Origin: Chloroflexota bacterium
GTDB taxonomy: Bacteria > Chloroflexota > UBA11872 > VXOZ01
DNA: 64,000 bases
Assembly (NCBI GenBank): GCA_965221905.1
Contig: OZ244922.1
Span: forward strand, 3,392,001-3,456,000
Direction: 5' to 3'
The position numbers were made by a program, and so were the translations under genes. Position 1 is the stretch's first letter; each line of letters opens with the position of its first letter. Below the pieces are notes generated by a model. That model did not search any database. It worked only from the letters and a program-made list of their open reading frames with translations, and had not been told where the DNA came from. Shown here piece after piece: positions 30,195-39,311 of this stretch.

Positions 30195-31363
30195 GTTTGG
30201 TTCTCGTTGATCAGACTGTTACCATCTATCTCGTAATAGCAAGAGTGCTCACTCTCTAGGTCTGTATAGAATCCCATGAGCTTTTTCCACTTGATCACAG
30301 CCAAAGCTGCATTCAAAGCGTTGAGATCGGCAATCTGAATGTTGCGTAAGTATTCATTCTCGCCATTTTCATCTGAGAACGGTATGGTCGAGTGAATGTG
30401 GCTGCGTTCGTCAACTGTACTTGTTGTAACTCTCAACACGCCAAGCAGTGAACCGTCTACTTCGTTCACCCCCATCCCTGCATCTATGAATGGCACGCCG
30501 AACTCACACAGCTTCTCAACCACGAGTCTCCTGCTAAATCCCCTATCGACCGCTAGAAAGACAAAATCCATATTGCGAAGCCTATCAATTGTCGATTCTT
30601 CAAGGAAGTCATGGGCGAAAATGCGGTTCCGCATCTGAGAATAAACGTTGCAAAAGTACTCGGCTTTCTGTGGCGCCTTTACCAGGGTCTCCAAAGACGG
30701 CGCTCCGGGTGAGCGAAACGCGTTATGCTGCCCAAACCTGTCACCATCGAATAGATGGATTTCTTTCACGGGCGTCTTAGCTACTAGGTCAAGAATGTAT
30801 GAGCCAGTGCCCCCCAGTCCAACAATCGCTACTGCGCCGATGGCAAGTTTATCGGTCACAGCGACGATGCCAGATCGGCTCGACGCCGTATCAATATACT
30901 TAAACACCGAGTCGTCACCTTGAGGCTCGACAATCGAGAAGGTTTGGATCTTCAAGTTAGGATTGATGGATAGAGCGGGCCCAGAAACGATATGCGCGTA
31001 GGTGGTCATCTTCTCGTAATAGTCGTGGTACCCTTCACTTGGCTTGCTTGAAAACGTATGGTCAATCACTAGACCACTAGCTAGCTCCCTGCGGGTGCTG
31101 GAGTTATGGATCTGCGTTAGTGGACGTCCCTCTTGGTCGCAAGGCATCTCTCCGGCGAACATCACAACATGAGTACTCGGTCTTGCTGTGACATTGCCTG
31201 CTAACGACAATTCTGCAACCAAAGTGCCTCGGGAAATGTTGCGCTCGCTCGTGACGTAAGGGATGCCTCTTAATAGAAGATGGCCGGATCGGATCTCAAC
31301 TTCGTGCCCTTCGCCTTGAAGCCGACTGAGGTCCGGGCTAAGACTTATCAGTGATTGTGACAT
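30191..31363 (-). CDS. E2-like (DUF6791) + ThiF/E1-like adenylyltransferase fusion
   Basis: VGLGGTGS, FDGD, HNAFRSPG, FLAVD, IDAGMG; N-terminal IPYV...HTFSSKP domain. Confidence 0.85.
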   Translation of the reverse strand: MSQSLISLSPDLSRLQGEGHEVEIRSGHLLLRGIPYVTSERNISRGTLVAELSLAGNVTARPSTHVVMFAGEMPCDQEGRPLTQIHNSSTRRELASGLVIDHTFSSKPSEGYHDYYEKMTTYAHIVSGPALSINPNLKIQTFSIVEPQGDDSVFKYIDTASSRSGIVAVTDKLAIGAVAIVGLGGTGSYILDLVAKTPVKEIHLFDGDRFGQHNAFRSPGAPSLETLVKAPQKAEYFCNVYSQMRNRIFAHDFLEESTIDRLRNMDFVFLAVDRGFSRRLVVEKLCEFGVPFIDAGMGVNEVDGSLLGVLRVTTSTVDERSHIHSTIPFSDENGENEYLRNIQIADLNALNAALAVIKWKKLMGFYTDLESEHSCYYEIDGNSLINENQT

Positions 31364-31592
31364 TAAAGATTGTTCCTTTCTGAATCTTTACCTTTTGGTC
31401 AGGAAAGAGCCGCCCATTTGGTGGTCTACCCGCGCCGTCGCGATAGGTGACAGTTATCTCGATATACGGACCCGATGGCACTGGATCGTAGGCGAGTAAG
31501 ACGACGACGTCGAAAGATATTTCATCAGAATTGACTACCTTCTTGCGGCCGTTCACGATAATCTGTACTTTTTCCTTTTCGTCAATCATCAT
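31338..31592 (-). CDS. Multiubiquitin-domain (Ubl) protein
   Basis: IIVNGRKK...ISF..VV.LAY...TVTY...GTIFNVTITDKS beta-grasp pattern; overlaps E2-E1 start. Confidence 0.8.
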   Translation of the reverse strand: MMIDEKEKVQIIVNGRKKVVNSDEISFDVVVLLAYDPVPSGPYIEITVTYRDGAGRPPNGRLFPDQKVKIQKGTIFNVTITDKS

Positions 31593-31600
31593 TAGACTCC

Positions 31601-31703
31601 TTGCAATGTTGCAAAAACAATTATCAGTACCATATGTGGTACACTTTCAATCTACACTGTGCGTACTGCCCGTGTCAACCCAAAATGGTACTTGTACCGT
31701 TTT
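31601..31703. promoter_or_regulatory. Divergent promoter region with candidate operator palindromes
   Basis: GTACCA-TATG-TGGTAC (31627-31642), AAAATGGTAC-TT-GTACCGTTTT (31682-31703), TTGCAA-TG-TTGCAA (31601-31614). Confidence 0.5.
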
Positions 31704-31719
31704 AAGTACAGGAGGTTTT

Positions 31720-32190
31720 ATGGCTGCAGGTAAGATAGAGCTTGGTGACCTAGGCCGTCTTGTCGCGGCTGAGCGGGATCGACGCGGCCTAAGTCTTCGC
31801 GAAGCGGCAAGTGCGATTGGAATTCCCTTCAACACCCTGGCGCGAGTGGAAAAGGGACACGTGCCTGACCTTCCAAAGTTCAAGAGGCTCGTGGAGTGGT
31901 GTGGTGCCGATATAAACCAGTTCTTTGAATGGCAGGAGAAAGCTGCGTCGACAACAGACATTATCGCTGAACACCTTCGATCTGATCCAAGTCTGCCTGC
32001 TGCCGCTGCTGACCAAATCTCAAGAATCGTTAACGAACTCTATCAAGCTCTAGCAGTTCCGCAAGAGTTTTCTGCAGCGCATCTACGGGCAGCAACCACT
32101 TTCAAGCCAGAAGCGGCGCGCGCGCTCGGGACACTCTTACAGGACTTGAATGAAGCGCTTCTGAAGGAAACTGAACATGGCTCTGCGTAG
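31720..32190 (+). CDS. XRE-family HTH repressor (CapH-like)
   Basis: RGLSLREAASAIGIPFNTLARVEKG; RBS AGGAGG. Confidence 0.85.
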   Translation: MAAGKIELGDLGRLVAAERDRRGLSLREAASAIGIPFNTLARVEKGHVPDLPKFKRLVEWCGADINQFFEWQEKAASTTDIIAEHLRSDPSLPAAAADQISRIVNELYQALAVPQEFSAAHLRAATTFKPEAARALGTLLQDLNEALLKETEHGSA

Positions 32191-32731
32191 AGGGTTTAAG
32201 TCTGAGGCGGAGAGAATTGCGGAGGGCATCCGAAGAGAACTCGGACTGAGTTCCGCTGAATCGGTTTCGCCCGATGCAATTGCCGAACTTCAGGGTGTAC
32301 AAATCGTGGCAGGCGACGAATTGATCCCCCGTCAACGATTTGTTGAGCTTGAAAATATACAAACAGGAGCCTTTTCAGCATGCACATTACGACCTTCTCC
32401 CGATCGCGTTGTCATTGTGTTCAACCCTCTATCAGCCGAGTCCCGCCGCAAAAGCGATCTAGCCCATGAACTTGCACACCTACTCCTCAACCACAAGTTG
32501 AGTCGGATTGAGAGGCTCGGTGAGATTTCCTTTCTAACATGCGATTCGGTTCAAGAGGCGGAGGCTTCCTGGCTATCAGGCTGCTTACTGCTACCTCGAG
32601 CGTTGCTATTGTCGGAGGTCCGCAGGGGTTTGAGTTCTGTTGAAATTGCCGAGAAATGTGGTGTGAGTGAACAGATGGTGCGTTACAGAACTAATGTTAC
32701 TGGTGTGCTAAGGCAGAGCCAGGCCCGCTGA
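32177..32731 (+). CDS. ImmA/IrrE-family Zn metallopeptidase (CapP-like)
   Basis: RRGFKSEAE N-terminus, AHELAH (HExxH), QEAEA..L.GCLLLPR. Confidence 0.9.
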   Translation: MALRRGFKSEAERIAEGIRRELGLSSAESVSPDAIAELQGVQIVAGDELIPRQRFVELENIQTGAFSACTLRPSPDRVVIVFNPLSAESRRKSDLAHELAHLLLNHKLSRIERLGEISFLTCDSVQEAEASWLSGCLLLPRALLLSEVRRGLSSVEIAEKCGVSEQMVRYRTNVTGVLRQSQAR

Positions 32732-33121
32732 AAGTTGAGGCGCGCCACGGTTTAATGTAAGTGGCTTCGGCTAAAGCATGCGTTGTACCGTGAAAGTCAA
32801 CGACTATTCTTGATCCTAGATTCTGGTTGGCTGGTCAATAAAGGGGGAGCTAATTCCTATGACAGGCTTCTGTGTACGCCGCCAGGGTGGGTTCGGCGAT
32901 GCGGAGCCATGAGAAGCCGCGGGCGAAGCGTAGGGCGTCGCCGTAAGCCCACCTATGGATTAGATGGTCACGTTACCCCATTCTTGAAATCGCATCCCGC
33001 GCTCCGTTATAGTGAAGTATGGAAGAAAACGTGATCTTCCTCAAATACATTTTCTCAATTGCGTGCCAAGCGCCGGTCATAGCAGCTTGTCCGAGTAACA
33101 CGTAGCGGACAGGGTTAGTAT

Positions 33122-33286
33122 TTGGTGACTAGCACATGCTGTTTCAGTGAATCGATATTTTCGTGAAACAGCGCCTGTGTGAAACAGCATCTGCGTTTCA
33201 GCGAGATAGCATCTTCGTTTCAAGGAAACGGCGACTTTGTTTCAGGGAAACAGCATCTTCGTGAAACGGCATCTGCTAGTCACTAA
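33122..33286 (+). promoter_or_regulatory. pnp 5' leader long stem-loop (putative RNase III site)
   Basis: TTGGTGACTAGCACATGCTGTTTCA pairs with TGAAACGGCATCTGCTAGTCACTAA. Confidence 0.6.
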
Positions 33287-33333
33287 CCACACGGCGGGCC
33301 GGGTGTGGGGCACGGGAAGGATTTTTCCGTCGT

Positions 33334-35676
33334 ATGATTCACAAGGTAGAGGCAGACCATGCCGGTCGTGCGTATAGCATCGAGACCGGGCGGTTTGCCG
33401 AGCAGGCCAGTGGTGCGGTAACGATCCGTTGCGGCGACGCGATACTTCTGGTCACGGTCACGGGCTCTAAGCCTCGCGAGGGGATCGATTTCTTTCCTCT
33501 TTCCGTTGACGTGGAAGAGAAGTACTACGCCGTAGGCAGGATTCCCGGTGGGTATTTGCGGCGCGAGGGCAGGCCGAGCGACGATTGCGTGCTGGCGGCG
33601 CGGCTTTGCGACCGCCCGTTGCGTCCGCTCTTCCCCAAGGACTATCGTAATGAAGTCCAGGTTATCATCACCATTCTCAGCGCCGACCAAGAGAATTCCA
33701 CCGACGTGATGGGCATTGTTGGGGCATCGGCGGCGCTCTGCATCTCGGATATCCCCTTTGGCGGACCGATTGGCGCGGTGCGCGTGGGGCGCATCAACGG
33801 TGAGTTCGTCATCAATCCGCTCATGTCGCAATTCGCGGAGAGCGATCTTGATTTGGTCATCGTGGGCACCCGCGACGCCGTGATGATGGTGGAAGCCGAG
33901 GCAGGCCAGCTACCCGAGACGGAGATGGTCGCCGCGCTGGAGCGCGGTCACGAGGCCTTGCAGGAGACCATCGCCATGCAGGAAGAGCTCATCAGCAAGG
34001 TGAGCAAAGCGAAGCATGAATACGTCCCCCACGGCCCGTCGGACGATCTCGTCGCGCAGGTTCACGAGCGCGTCGCAGAGCCCTTGGCCGCGGCATTTGG
34101 GGCACCGGATAAGGCCGCGCGCGAGGCGCAATTGGCCGAGATTACGGCAAAAACCGTGGAAGATCTCGGCGAACAGTTTGACGAATCGCACGTAAAAGAC
34201 GCCGTGCAGTCCGCCGTCAAAGCGCATGTGCGAAACGAAATCTTGCATGAGAACAAGCGGCCCGATGGACGCGGAAAAGCGGAAATTCGCTCGTTGTCCG
34301 CGGAAGTCGGCGTATTGCCGCGCACCCACGGCACCGGTCTCTTCCAGCGCGGACAGACCCAGGTGCTGAGCATCACCACCCTCGGCTCTGCCGGCGACGC
34401 GCAGCCGCTCTACGGACTTGAAATCGCCGACTCTAAGCCGTTTATTCACCACTACAACTTTCCGCCCTTCAGCACCGGTGAAACCGGACGGCTGGGGTCG
34501 CCCCGCAGGCGGGAGATCGGCCACGGCCGTCTCGCCGAGCGCGCCGTCGCGCAGGTGCTGCCCACCCGGGAGGAGTTTCCTTACACCATTCGGATAGTCT
34601 CCGAAGTGCTCTCTTCTAACGGCTCCACCAGCATGGCATCGGCCTGTGGGAGTTCGCTGGCGCTCATGGATGCCGGCGTACCGATCAAAGCGCCGGTGGG
34701 CGGTATTGCGATGGGTTTGGTGATGGGCGATGAAGGCGAGTACGCGATACTCACCGACATTCAGGGCATCGAGGACGCCCTGGGCGATATGGACTTCAAG
34801 GTGGCGGGCACCACGAAGGGCATCACCGCGTTGCAGATGGATATCAAGGTCAAGGGAATTACGTTCTCCATCATGGAACAGGCGCTCGCACAGGCGCGCG
34901 ACGCCCGCATGGCAGTGCTGGACGTGATGGTAGACGCGATTGCCGAGCCTCGTACCGAGCTATCCGACTTTGCGCCGCGGCTTGTTTCCGTCAAGATCAA
35001 TCCGGAAAAGATTGGCGAGGTAATCGGCCCCGGCGGCAAGATAATCCGCAAGATTCAGGAAGAAACTGAATCGAAGATTGATATCTCCGATGACGGCACC
35101 ATCGTCATAACCGGCGAGTCCAAGGATGGTGTCGAAAAGGCTGCAGAGACTATTCGCGCTATGACGACGGAACTCGAGGTCGGCGCGATCTTTACCGGCA
35201 CAGTATCCCGCATTATGAATGCCGGCGTATTCGTGAACCTGCCGGATGGACGGCGTGAGGGCCTGGTGCGCATGGGCGAACTGGCGGAAGACTACGTCGA
35301 ACGCGCCGAAGACGTTGCGGATGTGGGCGATGAGGTCATGGTCATGGTCATCGAGATCGACTACCAAGGCCGTGTGAACCTCTCTCGACGCGCGGTTTTG
35401 GAGGGATCGAGTCCTGCCGATCGAGCCGGATCGGGACGCGGCGAGCGCAGCGAGCGCGGCGGTTACAACCGCGGACGCGGTCCTTCATCGGATCGTCGCA
35501 GCGGCCCGCCTCGGGGCGGCCGGGGACCTCGGCGTGACGACCGCGACCGCGCGCCTGTGGCGTCCGACCGCGCGCCCGCGGCGACCGAAACAGACGGCGA
35601 CCGGAGCAGCCAGCCCGATTCGTCGCAAGATGATAGTCAAGGTAAGACGCCTGAAAGCTCTGGCAGAAAGTGGTAA
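33334..35676 (+). CDS. pnp: Polynucleotide phosphorylase
   Basis: RREGRP, RREIGHG, SNGSTSMAS, DALGDMDFKVAG, KH and S1 domains, RG-rich tail. Confidence 0.97.
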   Translation: MIHKVEADHAGRAYSIETGRFAEQASGAVTIRCGDAILLVTVTGSKPREGIDFFPLSVDVEEKYYAVGRIPGGYLRREGRPSDDCVLAARLCDRPLRPLFPKDYRNEVQVIITILSADQENSTDVMGIVGASAALCISDIPFGGPIGAVRVGRINGEFVINPLMSQFAESDLDLVIVGTRDAVMMVEAEAGQLPETEMVAALERGHEALQETIAMQEELISKVSKAKHEYVPHGPSDDLVAQVHERVAEPLAAAFGAPDKAAREAQLAEITAKTVEDLGEQFDESHVKDAVQSAVKAHVRNEILHENKRPDGRGKAEIRSLSAEVGVLPRTHGTGLFQRGQTQVLSITTLGSAGDAQPLYGLEIADSKPFIHHYNFPPFSTGETGRLGSPRRREIGHGRLAERAVAQVLPTREEFPYTIRIVSEVLSSNGSTSMASACGSSLALMDAGVPIKAPVGGIAMGLVMGDEGEYAILTDIQGIEDALGDMDFKVAGTTKGITALQMDIKVKGITFSIMEQALAQARDARMAVLDVMVDAIAEPRTELSDFAPRLVSVKINPEKIGEVIGPGGKIIRKIQEETESKIDISDDGTIVITGESKDGVEKAAETIRAMTTELEVGAIFTGTVSRIMNAGVFVNLPDGRREGLVRMGELAEDYVERAEDVADVGDEVMVMVIEIDYQGRVNLSRRAVLEGSSPADRAGSGRGERSERGGYNRGRGPSSDRRSGPPRGGRGPRRDDRDRAPVASDRAPAATETDGDRSSQPDSSQDDSQGKTPESSGRKW

Positions 35677-35682
35677 GGAGCC

Positions 35683-36495
35683 ATGGCAGCAACGCGGGCA
35701 GAACCCCTCCGTGTCGCAGTGTGCGGCATCTTCGGGCGCGTGGGCACGACAGTCGCAAACGCAGTAGCGCGTGAGGATGACCTCACGCTCGTCGGCGGCG
35801 CTGACATTATCGCCTCAAGCGACGGCTTTGCCGCGGCTACCGGCCAATCGGTAGTCACTGAGACCGATTTGCCGACGTTGCTGGCAGATACGAAGCCTGA
35901 GGTCCTGATTGACTTTACTCGTGCCGATGCCGCCCGGGTGAACGTGCGCACTGCACTTGAAAACGGGGTGCATGCCGTGGTTGGCACGACGGGGATGGAA
36001 TTGGCGGAGATCGAAGCGCTGGGAGCGGTTGCGGCGCGCCACGACGTCGGTCTAGTCGTGGCGCCGAACTTTGCGCTCAGCGCGGTACTCATGGTCCATG
36101 TAAGCAAAATTGTCGGTAAGTACATGGACTACTGCGATATCGTAGAGTATCACCACGAGCGCAAGATCGATGCCCCTTCCGGCACCGCGTTGCAAAGCGC
36201 CCTCGACATTCGGGAGGCGCGGGGCAGCGACTTCATCTCCGTCCCCACGGAGAAGGAGACGCTCGTCGGCACCCGCGGCGGCGTGCATGGGGGTATCAAC
36301 GTCCATGCCGTGCGGCTGCCGGGGATGGTGGCCCATCAGCAGATTGTGTTTGGTGGTTTGGGGCAAACCCTCACCATCCGCCAGGACTCCACTAGCACGG
36401 AATCCTTCATACCCGGCGTGCTCATGGCCGCGCGCGCAGTACCGGAGCTCAAAGGCCTCACCCACGGCCTGGACGCCCTGCTCGGCCTGAATTAG
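35683..36495 (+). CDS. dapB: 4-hydroxy-tetrahydrodipicolinate reductase
   Basis: EYHHERKIDAPSGTA, VGTTG, APNFA. Confidence 0.95.
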   Translation: MAATRAEPLRVAVCGIFGRVGTTVANAVAREDDLTLVGGADIIASSDGFAAATGQSVVTETDLPTLLADTKPEVLIDFTRADAARVNVRTALENGVHAVVGTTGMELAEIEALGAVAARHDVGLVVAPNFALSAVLMVHVSKIVGKYMDYCDIVEYHHERKIDAPSGTALQSALDIREARGSDFISVPTEKETLVGTRGGVHGGINVHAVRLPGMVAHQQIVFGGLGQTLTIRQDSTSTESFIPGVLMAARAVPELKGLTHGLDALLGLN

Positions 36496-36706
36496 ACGCA
36501 CAGTAAGTTTGGGCGAACTGGTAGCACAGGTTGCAAACCTGTGCTACTTTGTTATTGACAGCGTGTTCTGACATGGGGGTGCTTGGCTTCAATCGCTGCA
36601 TTCGCTGATAAGACCAACAGCGGAGGGGGCACACGGCCCTCCGAAGCGAAGTATCTTTCTGGGATAAACGCCTTGCGTACAGTAGGGATTGTAGAGGAGC
36701 ACACAC

Positions 36707-37318
36707 GTGGCGACGCTTGTAGAACCGCCCGTCGGACAAATCGCATTACGTCCCTTTAGTCTTGAAGACTACCACTGGCTGATTGAACATGGATTCTTCC
36801 ATGAAGATGAGCGCGTGGAGCTTATCCAAGGAGTCCTGCATCAAATGAGTCCTAAAGGTCTGCGCCACGCTGCCTGTCTTACGCGCGGCCTACGCATCTT
36901 CAATGCCGCCTTAAGCGATCGTGCTTGTATGAGAGCGCAGGACCCTATCACTCTGCCAGGCAGCAACTCAGAACCGGAACCCGATCTTGTTGTGGCCCAG
37001 TGGCGGGAAGATGATTATGCCACCCATCATCCGCTCCCGGAAGACGTGCTCCTTGTGATTGAAATTGCTGATTCAAGTTTGGATTATGACCGGCGCGTCA
37101 AAGTTCCTCTTTATGCGGCTTCAGGAATTTCCGAATTCTGGCTGGTAAACTTGCAAGAAGACAAGATAGAGGTGTATCGAGAGCCAACCAGTCCGGCCGT
37201 AGGTACGCCATACTATCGCCAGCACCAGATTACTTCCGTACAAGACACTGTTACTCCCACTCGTTTCCCCGATTGCGCTATTTCGGTGGAGGGCCTGCTC
37301 CCCCCGAAGCGTGACTAG
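36707..37318 (+). CDS. Uma2 family endonuclease-like protein
   Basis: ELIQG, SEPEPD, IEIADSS..YDR..K..LYA.SGI.EFWLV. Confidence 0.9.
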   Translation: MATLVEPPVGQIALRPFSLEDYHWLIEHGFFHEDERVELIQGVLHQMSPKGLRHAACLTRGLRIFNAALSDRACMRAQDPITLPGSNSEPEPDLVVAQWREDDYATHHPLPEDVLLVIEIADSSLDYDRRVKVPLYAASGISEFWLVNLQEDKIEVYREPTSPAVGTPYYRQHQITSVQDTVTPTRFPDCAISVEGLLPPKRD

Positions 37319-37558
37319 CATCGCGCCCCTACCACTTGTTCTGCACTTCGTTTGCCGCAACAGGTAGCGGTATCGGACACATGGCAGTTGCTCCGGCCGG
37401 CAAAGTGCTCCCACGCCTAACGCAGCGTTTCAAGACTGCAATACCGCCCTCCATAACCGCGCTTGATGGCCCGTAAGCCAATGGTCTTGGTATGATGGTG
37501 AGAGTACTCTCTAATTGAGCAGTCACGAGCAACGGCTAGTAAGACGTAGGACAAAGGC

Positions 37559-38626
37559 ATGGCAAATAGCGGCGGTTACAACGTAGGTGTTCTCGGCGCC
37601 ACCGGCATGGTGGGGCGTCTCCTTCTCGATATCCTTGTAGAGCGGGCATTCCCATTGAAGGACCTGCGCCTCTTCGCTTCAGCAAACTCGCAGGGAAAGA
37701 AAATACAGTTTGGCGGCCAGTCGTATACCGTTGAGGAGACGACGGAGGATTCGTTCGAGGGCTTGGACATTCTCTTTGCCTCCGCCGCCACCGGTGCCAA
37801 CCGCCACTTCTCGCCAATCGCCGCCCGCGCGGGCGCCACGGTTGTGGATGACTCTGCGGCATTCCGCATGGATCCTGACGTGCCTTTGGTCATCGCGGGC
37901 GTAAACGACGACGATTTACTTCAGCACAATGGCATCATCGCCGGGCCGAATTGCTCCACGATACAGCTCGTGCTGGCGATCAATCCCATTCATCAGGTCA
38001 ATCCCATCTGCCGCATGGTGGTTGATACCTACCAAGCGGTATCCGGCTGGGGGCGAGACGCCATGGTGGAGTTGGACGACCAGATCAAGGCCAAGGCTGC
38101 CGGCAATCATGATGAGCTCCCGCGGCAAATCTTCCGCCACGAGATTCTGGGCAATGTGCTGCCGGAAGTCGATTCGTTCCTCGAGGATGGGTACACCAAA
38201 GAGGAATGGAAAGTCATCCACGAGACTCGCAAGATCATGCACGCGCCGGAGATGATGATTACGTGCACTGCGGTGCGGGTTCCCGTGGCCGTCGGCCACT
38301 CCGAGGCCGTGCATATGGAGCTCACCCGACCCATGACCGCCGACGCTGTCCGCGAGGTGCTCGCAGGCGCGCCGGACGTGCGCGTGGTGGATGATCCCAG
38401 CCGGGGGCTCTACCCGGTTGCCACCGACGCGGCCGGCACGGACGACGTGCTGATCGGCCGCATCCGCAACGACGTCTCCCACGAGAACGGTATCGCCCTG
38501 TGGGTGGTGGCCGATAACTTGCGCTGCGGCGCGGCTACAAATGCGGTGCGTATTGCCGAGATGCTGATCGAGCGCGACCTGCTGCACGGCTCGGCTGCAA
38601 CGGCGGCAAGCAGAAGTAGCGATTGA
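37559..38626 (+). CDS. asd: Aspartate-semialdehyde dehydrogenase
   Basis: GATGMVG, PNCST, TYQAVSG, RVPV..GHSE, ADNLR. Confidence 0.95.
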   Translation: MANSGGYNVGVLGATGMVGRLLLDILVERAFPLKDLRLFASANSQGKKIQFGGQSYTVEETTEDSFEGLDILFASAATGANRHFSPIAARAGATVVDDSAAFRMDPDVPLVIAGVNDDDLLQHNGIIAGPNCSTIQLVLAINPIHQVNPICRMVVDTYQAVSGWGRDAMVELDDQIKAKAAGNHDELPRQIFRHEILGNVLPEVDSFLEDGYTKEEWKVIHETRKIMHAPEMMITCTAVRVPVAVGHSEAVHMELTRPMTADAVREVLAGAPDVRVVDDPSRGLYPVATDAAGTDDVLIGRIRNDVSHENGIALWVVADNLRCGAATNAVRIAEMLIERDLLHGSAATAASRSSD

Positions 38627-38908
38627 CCTCAAGTGCCTCAGCGACATGCCGACTGCGCCAAATGAGCATTATCCGACTTTCTGTCGAGCATGGTATCCAC
38701 TTCAAGGCCGGTCTGATTGACTTTGGTCCTGAGGTTGCAGGGCCGATCAGCCGTGCCGGTACCGTCGGACTCCAATTCTGCGTGCACGGGTAATCTACCC
38801 ACAAGTGCTTGGACACTCGCTCTGTTTGTAGCTCGGCGCGTGCCTGCAAAGGGCACAGCGACAACAGTCCTCCAATCAGGACCTCAGGTCTTAGACGACG
38901 CACACCGC

Positions 38909-39157
38909 CTACTCATATACTGCGACGAGTACGGCGTCGTGAGGGTTCTGTAAATCGTTGAAGACGACGATGCAGCGTTTGCTCACCGTGATGGCTGTGG
39001 CGTTGAGGCCGCGATTTACGGCAATGCCGTTGAGGAAGGTGGGAAACGAGCCGGTAATCTGCACGTCCGCCAGCCAATTCGGGGCGTCGAATGCCCTGAT
39101 GATGCCGCTCAAGGCATAGCCGGGCGCGATCCCGCCGGAGAACTCTGATTGTGCCAT
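38909..39157 (-). CDS. Small phage-like protein, last gene of the virion operon (possible spike/OB-fold)
   Basis: Co-oriented with the cluster, RBS AAGGA, beta-rich sequence. Confidence 0.5.
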   Translation of the reverse strand: MAQSEFSGGIAPGYALSGIIRAFDAPNWLADVQITGSFPTFLNGIAVNRGLNATAITVSKRCIVVFNDLQNPHDAVLVAVYE

Positions 39158-39311
39158 GGTTTCTTGTTCCTTCGGATAAGGGCAGTTTTCTTGCCCTATG
39201 ACAAATGTGCGTCTGCCCTACGAACAATCGACTCTATAGGGTGTGGGACTTCCGGTCAGTTTTGCATGGACAAGCCCCCGCGCTAGGATTGCTTGCAATG
39301 ACGCGAGTCTC

